A stretch of DNA of 48,143 nucleotides, from positions 1 through 48,143 of the IMG/VR virus record IMGVR_UViG_3300020044_005177; one strand, written 5' to 3'. Each line of letters starts with the position of its first letter. Position 1 is the first letter of the stretch. Below, one piece after another: positions 24,352 to 32,624 of this stretch. The position numbers were made by a program, and so were the translations under genes. The notes beneath the pieces are model-generated. The model did not search any database. It had not been told where the DNA came from and saw nothing but the letters and a program-made list of their open reading frames with translations. The stretch is from a virus (taxonomy: Duplodnaviria; Caudoviricetes).

Positions 24352-24700
24352 TTTAGGCTTGTCCGTTCGGGCGCGAAAAAGGAGAACCCACTGGCGTCTC
24401 GCAGGCATGATCAAAGTTGCATCAGGCTGCATTGATTGCGGCTATGCCGCACATGCAGCGGCATTGCAATTCGATCACACAGGCCAAGACAAGAAAGGAA
24501 ACGTGTCCGATCTCATTCGATCCGATTATTCATGGGCGACGATTATGGCAGAGATCAACAAGTGCGATATTCGTTGTGCTAATTGTCATGCGGTGAAAAC
24601 TTCCCATCGGAAACGAATTGCTGAAGAGTCTTCGTTAACTCAACTACTTGCTTCCGAAGTTGATCATTCTCGCTCAGCAATTGACGGTTCTGCACTTTGA
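24335..24700 (+). CDS. HNH-type endonuclease
   Basis: GCIDCG...LQFDH...EINKCDIRCANCH motif. Overlaps the thyX 3' end. Confidence 0.7.
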   Translation: MSFESNLGLSVRARKRRTHWRLAGMIKVASGCIDCGYAAHAAALQFDHTGQDKKGNVSDLIRSDYSWATIMAEINKCDIRCANCHAVKTSHRKRIAEESSLTQLLASEVDHSRSAIDGSAL

Positions 24701-24950
24701 GTTCTTCAATGCTTTCACGCAGCAGTTTGTTTTCGCTCAGCAGTTGGTCTATCTTTGACTGTGCCGTTTCCAAGTCGGTACGCACGGTCTGCAAGGCAAG
24801 GTTCACTGTCTCTACCGCGTTTTGCTGTGTCTCGCTCAGTGAATTGTAAATGTTGGCTAAGCCTTGACGCTTGTTCAATGCCCATGTCACGAGCGCGGCA
24901 ATCGGGGCGACAAGTAGGCTTACCACTGCTACTAATACGGGTGTTTCCAA
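24579..24950 (-). CDS. Membrane-anchored coiled-coil protein (lysis-module associated)
   Basis: N-terminal TM helix followed by a long heptad coiled coil. Lies in the holin cluster. Confidence 0.6.
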   Translation of the reverse strand: METPVLVAVVSLLVAPIAALVTWALNKRQGLANIYNSLSETQQNAVETVNLALQTVRTDLETAQSKIDQLLSENKLLRESIEELKVQNRQLLSENDQLRKQVVELTKTLQQFVSDGKFSPHDN

Positions 24951-25391
24951 TCAACACACCTTCTTATAGCGGAACCATAGGGATAATGATCTGAATACCG
25001 CCGCGTAGGTCACAAACAGCCACGACAGTGCCCAAATGATTAATAATGGATAGAAGCCTATTGGTAACCGCAGTGAGTTGTATAGCGTAATAAGTTCAAT
25101 GCACATTGTGGCTGCTCCAATAAAAGCCCATCCATACAACTGCCCGAAAAATGAGTACACTGGATGTTTTTTGTAGTCTAAACTCATTGCCACAAGAACA
25201 ACTGTACCCGCACATATTAAGTATAACGAAATGATAACGAAGACTATACCGTTGATACTTGATGCTACTTCTTCAGGCCAATTGGGATCAACAAGTTGAT
25301 ATGTGCCAAGCATAACCAACAGTGCCGCCGTAAAAATATCAAAGGGACGTTCCCTATACTTGACAGGTAAACGTCCCCAGATATTTTTCAT
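24951..25391 (-). CDS. Multi-pass membrane protein
   Basis: 146 aa with about four hydrophobic segments. Confidence 0.65.
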   Translation of the reverse strand: MKNIWGRLPVKYRERPFDIFTAALLVMLGTYQLVDPNWPEEVASSINGIVFVIISLYLICAGTVVLVAMSLDYKKHPVYSFFGQLYGWAFIGAATMCIELITLYNSLRLPIGFYPLLIIWALSWLFVTYAAVFRSLSLWFRYKKVC

Positions 25392-25438
25392 ATTATATTG
25401 TTTTCCTTACATAAGATTTACTTTAATTATACTACAGT

Positions 25439-25660
25439 TTATTCCTTGACGAGACTTGGTGTACCCTTCACGCCAATCTGTGCAGATACCAATGAAGTAG
25501 CATAAGAAAGCAATGCACCACCTAAGGATACCCCCAAGAGTGTGCGCCAATCCATCGTAAATACATTCAATGCCTGCGTTGCCGCAAGTGTCACATAGAA
25601 CTGTGCAAATGTCTTTGCTGCTCGTTCTGTTGCATCCTTCCAAAATTCCTTAGTAAACAT
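25439..25660 (-). CDS. Holin, r1t-like family
   Basis: MFTKEFWKDATERAAKTFAQ...DW...S..TS...PSLV signature. The RBS AAGGAG precedes ATG 25660. Confidence 0.85.
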   Translation of the reverse strand: MFTKEFWKDATERAAKTFAQFYVTLAATQALNVFTMDWRTLLGVSLGGALLSYATSLVSAQIGVKGTPSLVKE

Positions 25661-25901
25661 CGCTCTCCTTTTCTGGCTCTTTAGCCTCTTGCTTGAATAG
25701 ACGAACATCTTGATACGCTGCCCCGCCAATATATGAAGCAACGATAGCACCAATCAAACCAAATGCTCCTAGAGCCAATGTCGATGCAAGATTTGTATCG
25801 TCCCATTTTACGGACACATACACAATGATGAGTCCACAAAAAATCAATGATCCGAATACCGCTCTGCGTCGTAACTTCCAAGACGGCTTGCTTGCTGCCA
25901 T
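25650..25901 (-). CDS. Two-TM membrane protein (holin-like)
   Basis: WK.RRR followed by two TM segments and YIGGA. Overlaps the holin start. Confidence 0.6.
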   Translation of the reverse strand: MAASKPSWKLRRRAVFGSLIFCGLIIVYVSVKWDDTNLASTLALGAFGLIGAIVASYIGGAAYQDVRLFKQEAKEPEKESDVY

Positions 25902-25997
25902 ACACCCATTATAGCGTACTTCATTACCAAAAAATTACCATGACTCAACCATGTCTGCACCACAGTACAGCCATCTGCCTTCGGATCTGCATTATAA

Positions 25998-26237
25998 TTA
26001 CCATTTACGAATAGGACAATACGCATTCTCTAATCTTGTCTTGCCGTCCATGAAACAATGACATAAAGAACATTGTCGTGTTTTAGTAAAATTATCACAT
26101 GCCTCGCAAATTTCCAAACGCTTGGCATACACCTCTTGATCAGTCCAATTTTCCTTCTTCAGCAAATCCCATGGCTTGACTGGTCGCATCGTTCTCCTCT
26201 CTATGCCCCAAGGATTGATTCCCCCACAGCAATTCAT
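25998..26237 (-). CDS. Cys-rich small protein
   Basis: RLEICEAC...CSLCHCFM..KTRL..AYCP..KW pattern. Confidence 0.65.
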   Translation of the reverse strand: MNCCGGINPWGIERRTMRPVKPWDLLKKENWTDQEVYAKRLEICEACDNFTKTRQCSLCHCFMDGKTRLENAYCPIRKW

Positions 26238-26483
26238 GACTCATTGTACCGCAAAGTTTAAAATACTTAAAAGTTTAATATTCATATTTTTGTAAAGTTT
26301 AAGGATTTGGAATCTTGTACGATACGCAATTCTAAAGCAATGTCAAGCCCAACATAGGCCGCACACATGTGAGGTAGCCCACAAAAAAGAATTTCAAAAT
26401 AAGCCCTAAAATGGTCAAAAGTGTCAGACCCCCATGCTAGACTTTCGTCATAAGGAAAAACGGAAACAACGAAAGGCAAGAAA

Positions 26484-26612
26484 ATGATTTCATCGTTCGC
26501 ACTTGAAGGCAAGACCTCACCCAAGGGTGTCGCTTGCACGGTAGCCCCTAGCGGTTGGCATCGTACTGACGCACACGGTGTGTGCGCTTGGTGCTCACAG
26601 GCTACCCGCTAG
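26484..26612 (+). CDS. 42 aa cassette microprotein (C/H/CxxC)
   Basis: MISSFALEGKTSPKGVACTVAPSGWHRTDAHGVCAWCSQATR. GAAAGG RBS, downstream of motif copy 1. Confidence 0.65.
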   Translation: MISSFALEGKTSPKGVACTVAPSGWHRTDAHGVCAWCSQATR

Positions 26613-26670
26613 CCTCACTGTCAGACCCTACTGCTAGACTAATAACATGAACACAACGAAAGGCAAGAAA

Positions 26671-26796
26671 ATGATTCGCTCGTCAGTCAAGGGTGGTGCT
26701 GCCCAATCACAGCACAAGTGCGTTACCTGCAAGCGCAACATAGGTCGTGCTTTCATTGATGGTGCTCTGTACTGCTACAGCCATCTACCCCGCTGA
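26671..26796 (+). CDS. 41 aa Zn-finger-like microprotein
   Basis: MIRSSVKGGAAQSQHKCVTCKRNIGRAFIDGALYCYSHLPR. GAAAGG RBS; an in-frame leaderless ATG also lies at 26647. Confidence 0.65.
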   Translation: MIRSSVKGGAAQSQHKCVTCKRNIGRAFIDGALYCYSHLPR

Positions 26797-26857
26797 CATC
26801 ACTGTCAGACCCTACTGCTAGACTCTAACTAATAAGCAATCAACGAAAGGCAAGACA

Positions 26858-27007
26858 ATGATCTACTCAGTATCTGAAATGTGGGATGGCCCCATCCGTA
26901 TGTTCGCATCACGCGAGGTAGCCCAAGCATGGATGGAGCAGGCTATAGCCTCAGAGGAAATCTATAGCAGTGAGGGTTTCATGATTGAGGAATGGCCCCT
27001 CCACTAG
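26858..27007 (+). CDS. 49 aa acidic microprotein
   Basis: MIYSVSEMWDGPIRMFASREVAQAWMEQAIASEEIYSSEGFMIEEWPLH. GAAAGG RBS. Confidence 0.65.
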   Translation: MIYSVSEMWDGPIRMFASREVAQAWMEQAIASEEIYSSEGFMIEEWPLH

Positions 27008-27064
27008 GAGTGTCACACCCCCATGCTAGACTCTCAATATAAGCAATCAACGAAAGGCAACACC

Positions 27065-27196
27065 ATGAAGGTTCTCACCACTTCCACTTGGAAGACTTGC
27101 GCTACCTGCCACTCCTACCGCCGTCATGTGTGGGTAGTTGAGGGCAAGGGCATTCAGTGCGCTGCCTGCATGTACCCCGTCTATGTGGAGGCATAG
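27065..27196 (+). CDS. 43 aa CxxC-CxxC microprotein (paralogue of 27823)
   Basis: MKVLTTSTWKTCATCHSYRRHVWVVEGKGIQCAACMYPVYVEA. GAAAGG RBS. Confidence 0.7.
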   Translation: MKVLTTSTWKTCATCHSYRRHVWVVEGKGIQCAACMYPVYVEA

Positions 27197-27197
27197 C

Positions 27198-27383
27198 ATG
27201 AAGACTATCCTAATAGCCGTTGGTACTGCTGCACTTATCCTGCTTACCCTCGCGGTAGTCAATGGTACAGGTAGTACTGATTGCGAGGCTCTGTATAACG
27301 AGTATTCATCTACCGTCGAAATGTCTAGCCGTACCAACATCTTTGATGAGGGTATCGCTAACGGCTGCTTCCACAACAACTAG
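27198..27383 (+). CDS. 61 aa secreted/membrane microprotein
   Basis: MKTILIAVGTAALILLTLAVV... signal-like N-terminus. GGAGG RBS. Confidence 0.6.
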   Translation: MKTILIAVGTAALILLTLAVVNGTGSTDCEALYNEYSSTVEMSSRTNIFDEGIANGCFHNN

Positions 27384-27390
27384 GAGAATC

Positions 27391-27456
27391 ATGAAGGTCA
27401 TAATCCTTTGTATAGCAACGGTTTTTCTGGTTATCAGCCAAGTGCATCTTTTCTAG
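27391..27456 (+). CDS. 21 aa hydrophobic peptide (paralogue of 29127)
   Basis: MKVIILCIATVFLVISQVHLF. AGGAG RBS. Confidence 0.5.
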   Translation: MKVIILCIATVFLVISQVHLF

Positions 27457-27576
27457 GATAGGGCTAAAGTTGTTTAGTACCAACAACTTTTTGGCCCGGG
27501 CAACCGTTACCCAACCGTTACTTAAGAGGTGTCATATAAGGCCCAGAATGTCAGACCCCCCTGCTACAATGAATCC

Positions 27577-27687
27577 ATGATCAAAGAAAACGCAGTCGTT
27601 GCCCCTACTACCCTTGATGAGGATGAGTACTACTCTCCTGATTTCTTTGAGTGCCGCAAAGGCCATGCCTTTTGCGCTAGGCACTAA
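27577..27687 (+). CDS. 36 aa leaderless microprotein (DFFEC..GHAFC.RH)
   Basis: MIKENAVVAPTTLDEDEYYSPDFFECRKGHAFCARH. ATG is 6 nt below TACAAT. Shares its C-terminus with 30374-30562. Confidence 0.7.
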   Translation: MIKENAVVAPTTLDEDEYYSPDFFECRKGHAFCARH

Positions 27688-27822
27688 AAGTTGTTGCGCT
27701 GCAACACTTTTTAGGCGCCCGGGCCATCGTTATCTAACCGTTATTTAAGGTAGGCTCTACGACCCCCTAAATGTCAGACCCCCCTGCTAGACTGGTGTCA
27801 ACATCAACAGATAGGAACTACC

Positions 27823-27945
27823 ATGATCAACATCGTCTCTACCTCGCGCTGGATGACCTGCGTTCGCTGCGCTTCATTCCGTCGTCACGTTGCCCTTGCT
27901 GAGGGTATCGGTGCGCTCTGCTATGCTTGCGTTCACAAGCCCTAG
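27823..27945 (+). CDS. 40 aa CxxC-CxxC microprotein
   Basis: MINIVSTSRWMTCVRCASFRRHVALAEGIGALCYACVHKP. Confidence 0.7.
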   Translation: MINIVSTSRWMTCVRCASFRRHVALAEGIGALCYACVHKP

Positions 27946-27988
27946 CAGGCCCGGGCGACTGTCAGACCCCTGTGATAAGGTGTACCTT

Positions 27989-28141
27989 ATGATAACGATC
28001 TACGAAATCCTGTCCCCCCGTCCCAAGGCTACCAACTATGCCTCTTTCAAGACTAGGGCTGAGGCTGAAAATGCCTTGGCTACCAACAAGATTTCCTTCC
28101 CTGATTTTTCAGGCTATCGAATCTTCGAAACCCTCCGCTAG
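27989..28141 (+). CDS. 50 aa leaderless microprotein
   Basis: MITIYEILSPRPKATNYASFKTRAEAENALATNKISFPDFSGYRIFETLR. Tandem paralogue of the next gene. Confidence 0.75.
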   Translation: MITIYEILSPRPKATNYASFKTRAEAENALATNKISFPDFSGYRIFETLR

Positions 28142-28183
28142 GAGGCCCGGGCAATGTCAGACCCCTATGGTAGGGTATACCTT

Positions 28184-28333
28184 ATGAAGATGATCTATGA
28201 AATCCTGTCCCCCCGTCCGACTGCTACCAACTATGCGACCTTTGCGACCAAGGCTGAGGCTGAGGCTGCCCTTGCTGACCATATCCGCTTCCCAGAGATG
28301 CAGGGCTACCGCATCTTCCAATTCCTCTACTAG
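28184..28333 (+). CDS. 49 aa leaderless microprotein
   Basis: MKMIYEILSPRPTATNYATFATKAEAEAALADHIRFPEMQGYRIFQFLY. Confidence 0.75.
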   Translation: MKMIYEILSPRPTATNYATFATKAEAEAALADHIRFPEMQGYRIFQFLY

Positions 28334-28377
28334 AAAGGCCCGGGGTGACTGTCAGACCCCTGTGCTACGATGCTCTT

Positions 28378-28521
28378 ATGAATCAATGCAGCAAGTGCCC
28401 CCGTCCCTCAGTCTTCATCAGCCCTGACCACACGGACCTCTGCGTCCCTTGCCACGGCATCAAGTACCGCCCTGATCGCAAGGCTCGCAAGATCAAGTCC
28501 AACTACTACCCCTGCTCCTAG
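28378..28521 (+). CDS. 47 aa basic CxxC-CxxC microprotein
   Basis: MNQCSKCPRPSVFISPDHTDLCVPCHGIKYRPDRKARKIKSNYYPCS. Leaderless. Confidence 0.7.
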   Translation: MNQCSKCPRPSVFISPDHTDLCVPCHGIKYRPDRKARKIKSNYYPCS

Positions 28522-28566
28522 CAGGCCCGGGCAGCCAATGTCAGACCCCTATGCTACGATCATCGT

Positions 28567-28716
28567 ATGATGATGACCGAGATTGAGATGCCAGAGTTCG
28601 TTTGCGTCTACTGCGACGAGGAGGTTCCTGACGGCAAGGTCTGCTCCCCCTGCGGTGAGTACAAGGGTGTCATGCGCCTTGCTGATTGGGAAGAATACAC
28701 TAACCTGAAATGGTAG
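28567..28716 (+). CDS. 49 aa CxxC-CxxC microprotein
   Basis: MMMTEIEMPEFVCVYCDEEVPDGKVCSPCGEYKGVMRLADWEEYTNLKW. Leaderless. Confidence 0.7.
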   Translation: MMMTEIEMPEFVCVYCDEEVPDGKVCSPCGEYKGVMRLADWEEYTNLKW

Positions 28717-28785
28717 GAGGCAGCCCGGGAATGTCAGACCCCCATGCTAGTCTTACGTTATAAGACACCAACGAAAGGATGCCCG

Positions 28786-28926
28786 ATGAGCATTGACATC
28801 GACTTCGAAATGGACGTTGATTTTGTGCCCACCACCAACGCACGCTGCAAGGTGTGCAAGGATAGCCTAGAGGGTTGGGAGATGGCCGCTGGCCTCTGCA
28901 TCCTCTGCGAATGCTTGGAGGTGTAG
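28786..28926 (+). CDS. 46 aa CxxC-CxxC microprotein
   Basis: MSIDIDFEMDVDFVPTTNARCKVCKDSLEGWEMAAGLCILCECLEV. GAAAGGA RBS. Confidence 0.7.
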   Translation: MSIDIDFEMDVDFVPTTNARCKVCKDSLEGWEMAAGLCILCECLEV

Positions 28927-28968
28927 GAGGCCCGGGTCAATGTCAGACCCCTGTGCTAGCCTTACGTT

Positions 28969-29127
28969 ATGATCAGAGTTACTTACACCAGCGTCCACCA
29001 TACCCCCGTCATCATCGTTGGCGAATACCGCACCCTTCGCGGTGCTCAGATTGCCGCTGGCCTTCACCTGAATAAGTTGAACTGCCGTGGCCGTGACTGG
29101 CTGACCTATCATTTTGAGGAGGTCTAG
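28969..29127 (+). CDS. 52 aa leaderless microprotein
   Basis: MIRVTYTSVHHTPVIIVGEYRTLRGAQIAAGLHLNKLNCRGRDWLTYHFEEV. Confidence 0.68.
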   Translation: MIRVTYTSVHHTPVIIVGEYRTLRGAQIAAGLHLNKLNCRGRDWLTYHFEEV

Positions 29128-29189
29128 TGCGTATCCTTATCCTAGTGATCATAGTTGTGGTGGCACTTAGTAACATTCACCTGTTCTAG
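29127..29189 (+). CDS. 20 aa hydrophobic peptide
   Basis: GTG start, MRILILVIIVVVALSNIHLF. GAGGAGG RBS. Resembles 27391-27456. Confidence 0.5.
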   Translation: MRILILVIIVVVALSNIHLF

Positions 29190-29235
29190 GTGCCCCGGGC
29201 CAGCCAATGTCAGACCCTTATGATAGGCTTACGCC

Positions 29236-29376
29236 ATGATCACATTGACGCTCCCGCCCCTGTCCACTGGCAACGCTACCTGCTTCCACACGCTTGAGGA
29301 TTTCATCACAGGCTACATGATCCGCTGCTCCAAGTGCGGCTATGAGATGCTGACCGCTGGGACCATTTTCAAGTAG
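29236..29376 (+). CDS. 46 aa leaderless CxH-CxxC microprotein
   Basis: MITLTLPPLSTGNATCFHTLEDFITGYMIRCSKCGYEMLTAGTIFK. Confidence 0.68.
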   Translation: MITLTLPPLSTGNATCFHTLEDFITGYMIRCSKCGYEMLTAGTIFK

Positions 29377-29448
29377 CCGAAAGGCCCCGGGTAATGTCAG
29401 ACCCCTATGGTACGCTTACGCTATAAGAAACCTACGAAAGGAACGCCC

Positions 29449-29574
29449 ATGTACCGCGTCTACCACCTCACCCGCTTCGTCAAGTCCTTCAGCAGCCGTG
29501 ACGCTGCTCTGGATTTCGTCTACTCAAAGCGTGTCCCTGAGGACTATGAGATTCTAGACAAGTCTGATCTTTAG
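29449..29574 (+). CDS. 41 aa microprotein
   Basis: MYRVYHLTRFVKSFSSRDAALDFVYSKRVPEDYEILDKSDL. GAAAGGA RBS. Confidence 0.7.
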   Translation: MYRVYHLTRFVKSFSSRDAALDFVYSKRVPEDYEILDKSDL

Positions 29575-29679
29575 ACTTGCTAGGCCCGGGGCGCTTGCTC
29601 TGAGGCGTGCTTACGTTAAGACCACCCAATGTCAGACCCCCATGGTACGCTATGGCTAACCAACGAAAGGGAACCCCCC

Positions 29680-29862
29680 ATGACCTTCACCCTCGCGCAC
29701 GCAGCCACGGTGCAGCACTTTGGCTACCTCGCCATCATTGACGAGGACCAGCCTACCATGCAGTGCGCTACCTCGCCTGCCGATTTCTTCTCTGCCCCTG
29801 ACTGGGGTTCGCTCGCCCACTATGCTGAGCACTATGACCTATGCGGTTGTGGCTGGCACTAG
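29680..29862 (+). CDS. 60 aa microprotein
   Basis: MTFTLAHAATVQHFGY...YDLCGCGWH. GAAAGGG RBS. Confidence 0.68.
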   Translation: MTFTLAHAATVQHFGYLAIIDEDQPTMQCATSPADFFSAPDWGSLAHYAEHYDLCGCGWH

Positions 29863-29944
29863 CCAGCACGCCCCGGGCACCCTTGCTCCTATCCATCTTA
29901 CGTTATGACTTTACAATGTCAGACCCCAGTGCTATGATCAATCC

Positions 29945-30076
29945 ATGATCACATACGCAGATGACGAGCAGTACTTCCACCGCATTCAAGCCATGATTGA
30001 CCTTGATTTTGAGGATATCATTTCTGTTGAGCGCCTCACCTCTATCCCTGAAAATGACCCTTGGTATCTCCGTTAG
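29945..30076 (+). CDS. 43 aa leaderless acidic microprotein
   Basis: MITYADDEQYFHRIQAMIDLDFEDIISVERLTSIPENDPWYLR. Confidence 0.68.
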   Translation: MITYADDEQYFHRIQAMIDLDFEDIISVERLTSIPENDPWYLR

Positions 30077-30150
30077 GAGTACCGCCCGGGCCGCAATGTC
30101 AGACCCCCGTGTTATGATGACCACATAAGCATCCCAGTTTTGGAGGAACT

Positions 30151-30309
30151 ATGTGGTACGGTGTCCCTGTCAATGGCCTTGCTGTCTCTTTTGGCTGCTT
30201 CGTGCTTGAAACCCCTTGGGATGTGATGAACGTGGACACGGGTGAAATCCGTATGTTTGCCACCTATAAGCAGGCGTATGCCTTTGCCAAGGAGGTGGGG
30301 CTACCATAG
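30151..30309 (+). CDS. 52 aa microprotein
   Basis: MWYGVPVNGLAVSFGCFVLETPWDVMNVDTGEIRMFATYKQAYAFAKEVGLP. GGAGG RBS. Confidence 0.68.
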   Translation: MWYGVPVNGLAVSFGCFVLETPWDVMNVDTGEIRMFATYKQAYAFAKEVGLP

Positions 30310-30373
30310 CCCACCCGGGCCAATGTCAGACCCCTGTGGTAGGCTTACGTTACGTTCAACGAAAGGGTACAAA

Positions 30374-30562
30374 ATGTTCGCTCATCACCTAGACAAGGCA
30401 TCGTTTGGATGCGTCTGCGGTTCCGCTTGGAACTATGCTGAGAAGGGTTGCTCCTATCTCTACCCTGCTGAGGCCACCATGCCTGAGAGCATTGATGAGG
30501 AAGACTACTCATCTGATTTCTTTGAGTGCAGCCACGGCCATGCCTTTTGCGGAAGGCACTAG
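30374..30562 (+). CDS. 62 aa Cys/His microprotein
   Basis: MFAHHLDKASFGCVCG...DFFECSHGHAFCGRH. GAAAGGG RBS. Confidence 0.7.
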   Translation: MFAHHLDKASFGCVCGSAWNYAEKGCSYLYPAEATMPESIDEEDYSSDFFECSHGHAFCGRH

Positions 30563-30712
30563 GCCCGGGTGTTTTCTCGTATTATCGTTTTATGTATGGA
30601 CCAGTATTTTACTGCCGTTCTGCTGTTCGGTCAATACCGAACACCGAACAGCCCGGGCCGCAATGTCAGACCCTCGTGATACGCTTACGCTAACTTCGAT
30701 GAAAGGAACACC

Positions 30713-30919
30713 ATGTTCAGCACCCTGTGGGACACCGAAACCGTTGCCGATGCCGACGTGTGGGCAGACTATGGCGATCACGCTGAGGACACTTGGACCG
30801 ATGCTGAGGCCGATGCGGATACCCTCACCTCTGCGGGGTGGGGTACTGATGAGGACTATGGCTACTATGGTGGTGAGGACGCTGCTATGGAGGGTCATCT
30901 CTTTGGGTGGGACGCTTAG
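30713..30919 (+). CDS. 68 aa extremely acidic protein
   Basis: No Lys or Arg, Asp/Glu-rich, DADTLTSAGWGTDEDYG motif. GAAAGGA RBS. Confidence 0.75.
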   Translation: MFSTLWDTETVADADVWADYGDHAEDTWTDAEADADTLTSAGWGTDEDYGYYGGEDAAMEGHLFGWDA

Positions 30920-30991
30920 GCGTCCCCCCGCCCCGGGTCAATGTCAGACCCCTGTGTTAGACTTACGTCATCACCTACTGAAAGGCACAAC

Positions 30992-31174
30992 ATGAGCCGT
31001 AAAGACTATGTAACGCTGGCAGCCGATCTCGCAATTGACTGGAACTATGCCATTTATCACGGCGAGGCAGCAATGGATATGTTTAACATGGTGCTTGACA
31101 CTATCTGTGATTCGCTCAAGCGTGACAACAGTGCGTTTGATCGTGATAAGTTTGTGTCTGCTGTAAAGGGTTAA
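30992..31174 (+). CDS. 60 aa conserved small phage protein
   Basis: MSRKDY...DNSAFDRDKF.SA, a pattern common among small phage proteins. GAAAGG RBS. Confidence 0.75.
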   Translation: MSRKDYVTLAADLAIDWNYAIYHGEAAMDMFNMVLDTICDSLKRDNSAFDRDKFVSAVKG

Positions 31175-31298
31175 CCGCCTACCCCGCTTAGGCGGGGATA
31201 GGCCCGGGCCGCTGGCCCGTGTGACTCCTTACGTTAAGACCCGGGAATGTCAGACCCCCGTGGTACGCTTACGCTATCCAATCAACGAAAGGCATCAC

Positions 31299-31460
31299 AT
31301 GTCCAAGTCAGTCAAGATGGTGGAGTTCTCGCTCACCAAGCCCAAGTCCGAGGTTCCGTTCGCTACGCTGAACATCCCGCTCAAGAAGTTCAAGGTGCTC
31401 CGCTCAGACTTTGAGGATCTGTCCCTCCGAGTAGAGGTGCTTGACTTCTACAAGAAGTAG
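31299..31460 (+). CDS. 53 aa microprotein
   Basis: MSKSVKMVEF...VLDFYKK. GAAAGG RBS. Confidence 0.7.
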   Translation: MSKSVKMVEFSLTKPKSEVPFATLNIPLKKFKVLRSDFEDLSLRVEVLDFYKK

Positions 31461-31471
31461 AGGAGCGGCCA

Positions 31472-31489
31472 CCCTGCCTTCGGGCAGGG
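31472..31489 (+). terminator. GC hairpin with UUCG loop before CCCGGG
   Basis: CCCTGCC-TTCG-GGCAGGG. Similar hairpins precede CCCGGG at about 27466, 27687, 29376, 30908, 31180, 31976, 33067, 33833, 35050 and 40113. Confidence 0.6.
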
Positions 31490-31599
31490 CTGGCCCCGGG
31501 CAGTCGTTATCAAAACGTTATTTAAGATGACCCTCTACGAAACCCAAAATGTCATACCCCCATGCTAGACTGGCGTCATCGTCAAAAGAAAGGCTCCAC

Positions 31600-31746
31600 A
31601 TGTTCGTCTACCTCGTCAACCTCACCAACGGCAAGTCCATTCGCGTCGTCACCGATGGCGACCCAACCGACCATCCCTCATTCTTCAATAAGGTTGAGTC
31701 TGTCGAAACCATAGGCGAGCATGGTCGCCTGCTCTCACTCGTATAA
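31600..31746 (+). CDS. 48 aa microprotein
   Basis: MFVYLVNLTNGKSIRVV...LLSLV. GAAAGG RBS. Confidence 0.7.
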   Translation: MFVYLVNLTNGKSIRVVTDGDPTDHPSFFNKVESVETIGEHGRLLSLV

Positions 31747-31776
31747 ATGTCAGACCCTAGTGCTAGGATGATACCT

Positions 31777-31971
31777 ATGAAGATCCCAAGTGTTGAGTGC
31801 AATGACTGCCGTATCGACGGATTCTATGACGTGGCGATGAACCCTACGGGTATAGAGTCTCAGGGTGAGGACTGGGTGAACGTTGCCTACCGCTGCCCTC
31901 GCTGTGGAGAGCGTGACTATGCGATGTTCGGATTCTCCCTGTCTGAACTCTGTGAGAAGGTGTCAGCATGA
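31777..31971 (+). CDS. 64 aa leaderless CxxC-CxxC protein
   Basis: MKIPSVECNDC...YRCPRCG.... Confidence 0.7.
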   Translation: MKIPSVECNDCRIDGFYDVAMNPTGIESQGEDWVNVAYRCPRCGERDYAMFGFSLSELCEKVSA

Positions 31972-32257
31972 GCAAGGGCTTCGGCCCCGGGCTGCTAGAT
32001 CGTCATTGGGGTTTACGTTAAGACAGTATGCCAGCGCCAAACGGCCCTCGACTCCCCGGAGATCCCAGCCATGCGACAACACTACTACAGTTATTAACTC
32101 TGAATGTTACTATCGGCTGCGCTGTTGTCACCGCGAGTCCCCTGAACACGCCGCCGATCCAGGCGTGTCCGTGCAGGAACTCCCGGGCGACGTGCAGGCC
32201 CGTGACCCCCTTATGTTAAGACATACGAATGTCAGACCCCTCTGCTAAGGTTTACCT

Positions 32258-32365
32258 ATGACAATCTGCGATAAAGAAATCTGGGACGGTAACCACGATG
32301 ATCCGTCATATGCCTATTGCGATCTCCCCGCGAATCATGCGGGTGAGCACCACTACTCTTTCTGA
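32258..32365 (+). CDS. 35 aa leaderless C/C/H/H microprotein
   Basis: MTICDKEIWDGNHDDPSYAYCDLPANHAGEHHYSF. Confidence 0.65.
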   Translation: MTICDKEIWDGNHDDPSYAYCDLPANHAGEHHYSF

Positions 32366-32429
32366 CCCGAAATGTCAGACCCCTATGCTAGACTCACGTC
32401 ATAAGCAAAAGACGAAAGGGTTCCCAGTC

Positions 32430-32624
32430 ATGATCTTCTCCTACTCAGACATAAACTCTATGCACGCATCTACAGAGTGGGGCATAGTAGAGTGGGAGTG
32501 GGGTTCTCACTATGCTTATCTGGAAGGTTACCCCGTTTTCTCTTTTGGCTTTGAAAAAAATGTCACTTCCCAATTAGATTTCATAACCGAACTACTAGAA
32601 TGGATGGAGTACTCAAATGTATAA
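32430..32624 (+). CDS. 64 aa hypothetical protein
   Basis: MIFSYSDINSMH... after a GAAAGGG RBS. Confidence 0.65.
   Translation: MIFSYSDINSMHASTEWGIVEWEWGSHYAYLEGYPVFSFGFEKNVTSQLDFITELLEWMEYSNV

Noticed and set aside
27989-28333. Diversity-generating retroelement template/variable repeat pair
   Set aside because: The differences between paralogues are not adenine-specific, both copies are intact genes with their own promoters, and no reverse transcriptase is present.
29629-31776. ORF-track proteins beginning MSDP or MSYP (29629, 30941, 31549, 31747) as a shared N-terminal signal
   Set aside because: This is an artefact of ATGTCAGACCCC in the promoter motif. The motif falls in all three frames relative to the downstream ORFs, and better starts exist (RBS-led or leaderless).
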